NCBI GenBank assembly: GCA_053919585.1
Contig: CM132792.1
Reading direction: 5' to 3' (one strand)
DNA length: 64,000 nucleotides
Source: Euprymna scolopes
Lineage: Eukaryota
A model generated the notes under the pieces. It was not told where the DNA came from. It saw nothing but the letters and a program-made list of their open reading frames with translations, and made no database searches. Below, piece after piece: positions 58,593 through 64,000 of this stretch (the first letter of the stretch is position 1; each line of letters opens with the position of its first letter). The position numbers and the translations under genes were made by a program.

Positions 58593-60479
58593 ATGTGATA
58601 ATCCTTATGGTAAGTAACCGATACTTGCTAGATATCGGTTATTACCATAGTGAGGTTGTAGGATGGACGGAGATTGACGAGAGAGAGAAAACGAACGAGG
58701 AAGATCGTGCTCTGTGGATATCAGACTGACCACCACCCCGGATGTCGCCAGGGGCCATAACTCCTGTGACACCTGCGGTGGTCTCCCTTTATTTGGTAAA
58801 GACATTACACTTGTGATCTTCTATTGTCATGAAATTAAATTCAATTAAAAGCATTTTGGATATTTTAAGCAAAATAGTTCATAGTAAATGTGGCATTGTG
58901 GTGATTTCTAAAGTGAAAATGGATAAATTGTGAAAGAATTGAAAAGAAATGAGTCAAAATGTGTAAAGTTGAAAATAGGATAGACAGGATGACTACAAAA
59001 GTAATGGCTAGAAATCCTTCACAGCTGTGGCAATTCCAAGCATATTAAGGAAACCCACAAATCAAAATGTATCCCATTCCCAGATGTAGCATTGACTCTC
59101 CAAGCCTAATTTAATTCGTTTTTATTAGTTTTATAAATACTCTAGAGTTCATTTGCCTATTCAATATCACAGATTTTAAAAAGCTTTTTGCACCTATTTG
59201 ATAAATGGCCATAAGGTGCCTATTAGAGACTTCACACTTTAATATCAAAAGATTTGAAATACTTGGGCATTTTTTTCTGTTGCTACTTTGCCCTTGTGTT
59301 TTCTGATCATGACATCCTCTGAAATATTTGATGTTTCCTTATATTTTGTTTGCTTTTGGCACAAGTGAAAAATATGAATGAAAATCTTACAAGTTTATCA
59401 AAACTTTGGATAGAATATGTAAAGAGCAAACATTTAGAAGCATTTTAACTTAAAAAAAACTTTTATTTACATTTAAAATACCCTCAAACATATAAGATTC
59501 TACTTTATTAAGCATTTATATGTGAATACACTGAAACGTTATTTTAGAATTTAGAATGGGGGTTCAGTTGTGCATATAAATATAATGTAAACTGATCTTA
59601 TTTCGGTACATTATAACTTTTTAAGCAGTTAAGTAATTTTTACCACTAATTCTAAGTCTGATTAGCAAAATCATAAAATCACTTGTAATTGCTTTATTTT
59701 TTATATTACCACCCAGACTTAGGGTTAGTAGGAAAGGAATGTGGCTTTTATGATTTTAACAATCACATATTATATACTAAAGTTAGATTTGGAACATTAA
59801 CATTTCCAAGATTTAAAACAAATAAAGTTGGTTACATATCCTTAAAACATTGTCTGATCAACAAGGTGTGATCATTTTTCATTAAAGTTAAAAATTTGTC
59901 ATCATTATTATTTGCATTTCGTTTTTGTTTGTGTTTACAGCAAAGCAAATCAATTTGATAACCCACTAAATTTTTATGATTAAAATAAAATTTTAACTTC
60001 ATTCATAGAATGTACAGAATAGTTAACAAAGCCCTCCCCATGTTAAAAATAGTTCTCTAAATTGTAACATTATTTAGAAATTCATGTGTAACAATGAGAG
60101 GGGGTGTTGTTAAATATTTAGTTTTTACATTGTTTTCTCATTTTGCCTACCAATCGTCAATAATTTTCAACTGTTTATGAAAACTTTCAAGTAACATGTT
60201 GTACACTAATGACGAACTGATACAATCTGGCTTTGCTTTAAAATCAAAATAAATATTTTGTTGTCTTACAATTTTTAATCAATTACAAGGAAAACATTTG
60301 AGAAAAAAAATATATGCATCCCAGAAATTTTAAAATTTACAAAAAAACACAACAAATCTCTAACTAAATATTTATTAACTTTAAAAGAATCAGAATTGCA
60401 AATTTAGAATAAAATCAGTAATTGTATCAGAATCAGGAAAAATTTTGGAATCGTCCCATCACTAATATGTATTTCTATA

Positions 60480-63400
60480 GGTCTAGCTTGATAGGTGGTC
60501 TTGATTGATGTCCAGATCTGGTTGTTGTATAATCTTGAAAAGTGAGGGTTGGGCATGCTGTTCTCACAGTTTCTTCATTTGGTGAATGAGTCTCCGATTT
60601 GTGAGCCTCAACTATTTTGGGTGGTTTAGGTACAATGTGTTGTTGATTATGTCAGATTATTGTCCCTTCATCTTTGGTCTGTAGAATATAGGAACATGGT
60701 GTGGATGCTGTTCCAACAAAGATGCCTTCTTGATTTGGAAGATTGGAGCTTCTGACTTATACTGGTGTACTATTTTTGAGTGATTGTAGCTCTTTAGCTT
60801 TATGTGATAGGCAGTGCGTGAGTCATTGGGCCTTTTGATTCTTTTCGTTCTGCCTGAAGTTCGCAAGATCAGGCCATCTGAGGTTTAGTAGAACGCTTGA
60901 GAACATTTGTCCTCAGATGTTGGCCAATTAACAGTTCACTGGGGCTAAACCTACACTTCATTGACGTTGCTCTGTGTGCAAGCAAAGAAAGATATGGGTC
61001 TTTTGCCTTTTTAGCAATCTTTTCATTGTTTTTACACAAGCATCTGCAGCTCCATTGCTTTAAGAGCAGTAAGGGCTGTTTGTAACATGCTGAAATCCCC
61101 AGTCGTTCACGAATTTGGTAAAATCTTTTGAAGTGTATTGGCTTCCTGGGTCTTTTCTTAAGATGATAGATAATCTGTGTCTGGCAAAAATAACTTTGAA
61201 GCTCTTTATTATTACACTGGAAGTCATTGACATAAGCATGGCAATCTATGCATATCAAGAGAAGTAGTCAACAACCATGACATAGCTGCTACCTTTCAAA
61301 TCAAATAGATCAGAGACTAGAATGTGGCATGGTCTTGTCGGAAACTCAGTAGTCATGAGGACTTCAGGCAGTTGGCGTCTTAGCTCAGCTAATTTTGGGC
61401 AGTTTTTTACAGTCCTTTTGATTTGGTCAGAATGTCCTGGCCACCATATGGATTGGTGAGCTCTTGGTAATTTCCTGATGATCAGAGTGGATTTTGACAA
61501 TGATGGTCGATTTCAGCAATGATGGGATTATGATCTGTGTGTCATATATCAGTAGTCTGTTCTTGAATGTTATGCTGCCGTGGTAAGCCCAATAGGGTTT
61601 TATCAATGTTGGAACATGGTGTAAGTCTCCCGCCTTAGGTCAGTAGATGTGGCCTTTGACCCTGTGGAAATTGCAATGACCAATGATCTTCTTCTTCCGG
61701 GAATACTTAACAGGATTCTTCAGCGTCGCAGGCTTCTTGTCGATCTCCGCTGAAAATCAATTAGCTTCTCATGCAAATCAAAGTCTACTATAAGTTAATT
61801 CACAAAAATTACAGGTGTTTCACATATGTACAATTGTTCAGTTTGATTACACCAGAATCTTATTCTTCATTCTCCATGATGGTGACCGTGATGAAGAGGG
61901 GGATGAGTGGCGTTTCTGGGGTGTGTGTGTTTCTCTCGAGATTCGACTTCGATCTTATCTAATTTTGGCCCGGGCATTTGCTTATATTGAAAGGTGATGG
62001 GGTGTGGTAAGCTGTTCCACAGACCAATCAGAACTCAACACATTATTCGGGAAAGTCCCGAATCCTTTGCGTGTGTGCACCTCTGCAAGGCTTGCGAATC
62101 TGGGATCAGAACTCAAATTTATTCACATGCTCAGAAGGTTAACACTTTGACCTCTCGCACTCAGAAAGCCAGACATTTTGAGCACGGGTTTGTCAGGCCA
62201 AGAACGAATGTATGATTTCATTCTAACTTTAATCTGACATCTCTTGTCACTTTTCTTAAACTATAAAATATGTTTGTTTTACAAAAACACAACACAATGA
62301 ATTCATCCCTTTTGATAGGTTACCCGCCGCTGTCCGAGATCCAATTAACACTTAACAGAAATGTCAGCATAATTACCCGGCCTTACTCAGAGGGTCTTAA
62401 TCTTCCCAATGGAGAGCAATATCACTCCACTAGGCGGTCATGTCACACATTGTACTTTGATAGCCAGCCATTTCTTACATATGTAGTTGCTGGTTTCATC
62501 AGTTTTAGTGGTTTCTTACAACTCTTTTAAACATTTTTCTGTAGCAGGTAAAGATTCAATCATGGTGTAGACAAATGCTGTTGCTAACTCTTCTAGGCCC
62601 CTGTCTTGTTTGGTAGGGCCATTGCTGGATACCGCTCTTGACAGAGCATCAGCTATATATAATTCCTTACCAGGGACATAGCAAATTGCGTATCCATACC
62701 TCATTAATCATATCCAATCCGTATCCTTGCTGGAAGTTTGCTGAGGTCCTTGCTATCTAGTAGTGGCACCAGTGGTTTGTGATCTGTCTCCACTGTGAAG
62801 TGTAGTTAAACAAGATAGCCAGAAAAGCATTCACGAGCTCATGTTATTGCTAAGGCCTCCTTTTCTATTTGAGTTTAACAGGTTTCAGTCTCTGACATGG
62901 CTTGTGAAGCATAGGCGATGGGGTATAATTTTGTGTCATCCTGTCATTGTAATACTGATTCCAGCCATTAGATGAAATGTCACTAGAAATCAGTCTCATT
63001 TGATGGGTTGTACAGACATAGCACAGGTGCTGAACACATTGCTTTCTTGATGAAGCTGAATGCATCCTGTTCTGCATTTCTCCAAACGAATGCGTATTTC
63101 TGACTTAATAAGTCCCTTAATGGCTTAGTCATGTCTACCTGGCTTGGGATGAATTTTCCCAATTGATTTACCATCCCTAGGAACTGGCGGGTTTCCGTAA
63201 TGTTCATTGGTGTTGGGAACTTGAAGACTCAAGTGAGCCTTTCCAGATCTGGTCGTAGACCGTCAGCACTAAGTATATTTCCTAGAAATTTCACTGATGA
63301 TTTGGATATTTCACATTTTTCTGAGTTGAGTGTAATGCCAGCAGCCTGAATTTTTTTTTTTTTTTTTTACTATGCTTTTTAGCTGGATATGATGTTCTTG

Positions 63401-63710
63401 TTGATTTCTACCATACACTAACATGTCATCTTGCATGCATATCGTTCCGATTTCATTTTCTAGTACTTGTGATATGCGCCTCTGGTAGATCTCACTGGCT
63501 GATGGAATGCCAAATTGGGTGGTGATTGAATTGGTACTGTCCGAATTGAGTTATGAAGATCGTCAGTGCACTGGATTCTGATGAGTGGAATCTGCCAATA
63601 TCCGCTGTTGGCGTCCAATTTGCTCATGATTTTCACTTCCTCTAACTGGGCTAAAAGGTGCTCAACCATGGGGAACATGTGGATTCGTTTTACGCACTTA
63701 TTGTAAACTA
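60480..63710 (-). mobile_element. Old Gypsy pol relic (RT-RH-IN)
   Basis: SKLDANSGYWQIPL, MQDDMLVYG, RQFLGMVNQLGKF, YVPGKELYIADALSR, SDLFDLKGSSYVMVVDYFS; fragmented. Confidence 0.88.
61620..62447. mobile_element. Solo LTR (828 bp) nested in the Gypsy relic
   Basis: TGT...ACA ends with subterminal ccgcct/aggcgg; flanks catgg (61615-61619) and cattg (62448-62452), 4/5 TSD; removal restores host frame WLSKYNVPTLIKPYW. Confidence 0.8.
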
Positions 63711-64000
63711 GCTTTCCTATTCTTTGTTTCATTGTGCCCATTTCACAAAACATTGTTATTCTTGTAAAATTTGAATAACGCCTTTTCACTGCAGCAGTAA
63801 CCTTTTTTTAGGAAAGGGTTACTGTCTTTTTAAATCTTGTTTGCCTCTGAATGAGTTTGTTGAACATCAGTTATTAGGTCTTTTACATTTCAGAATTTAT
63901 TGTGGCTGTCGACAACAATAAGTTAGTACTGGTCATTCAAAGGACCTGTGAAGTCAATGAGAATCCTGTATCATGGTTGATCTGTTTCTGCAAACTACTC

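Larger units (their letters stand above)
54082..58809 (-). mobile_element. Full-length Mag-like Ty3/Gypsy LTR retrotransposon (element G3)
   Basis: 216-bp LTRs at 54082-54297 and 58594-58809 (3 mismatches seen); tRNA-Ser PBS; purine tract AAAAAAAAAGAGAG; TSD ambiguous (CTTG if the LTR starts 2 nt inward). Confidence 0.96.

Noticed and set aside
59930-59970. Strong acceptor-like tttgtgtttacag as the next exon
   Set aside because: The phase-1 frame stops after 9 codons and shows no DENN similarity

Overview
AT-rich, repeat-dense eukaryotic DNA, probably from an invertebrate animal. The only host coding sequence I can support is three short + strand GT-AG exons of a DENND1/connecdenn-like Rab GEF (29159-29204, 38801-38902, 42224-42332); the rest of the window appears to be intron. 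The upstream intron holds a 28-bp satellite array (4611-28310, plus an outlier at 2331-2930) built from homogeneous blocks of different monomer variants, interrupted by two young Ty3/Gypsy LTR elements. Other content: a third near-complete Gypsy, several Gypsy relics, a solo LTR, a Copia relic, CR1-group, I-group and L1/Tx1 LINEs (some nested), Penelope, hAT and Tc1/mariner fragments. The most unusual object is the compact 4.1-kb Gypsy at 5003-9125. It has no tRNA primer-binding site; in its place is a perfect 17-nt complement of its own LTR poly(A)-signal region (candidate self-priming and/or poly(A) occlusion). It also has an A20 leader just before the gag ATG and an in-frame gag UGA-CUAG pol junction (candidate stop readthrough). 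The three Gypsy elements appear to use three different gag-pol strategies.
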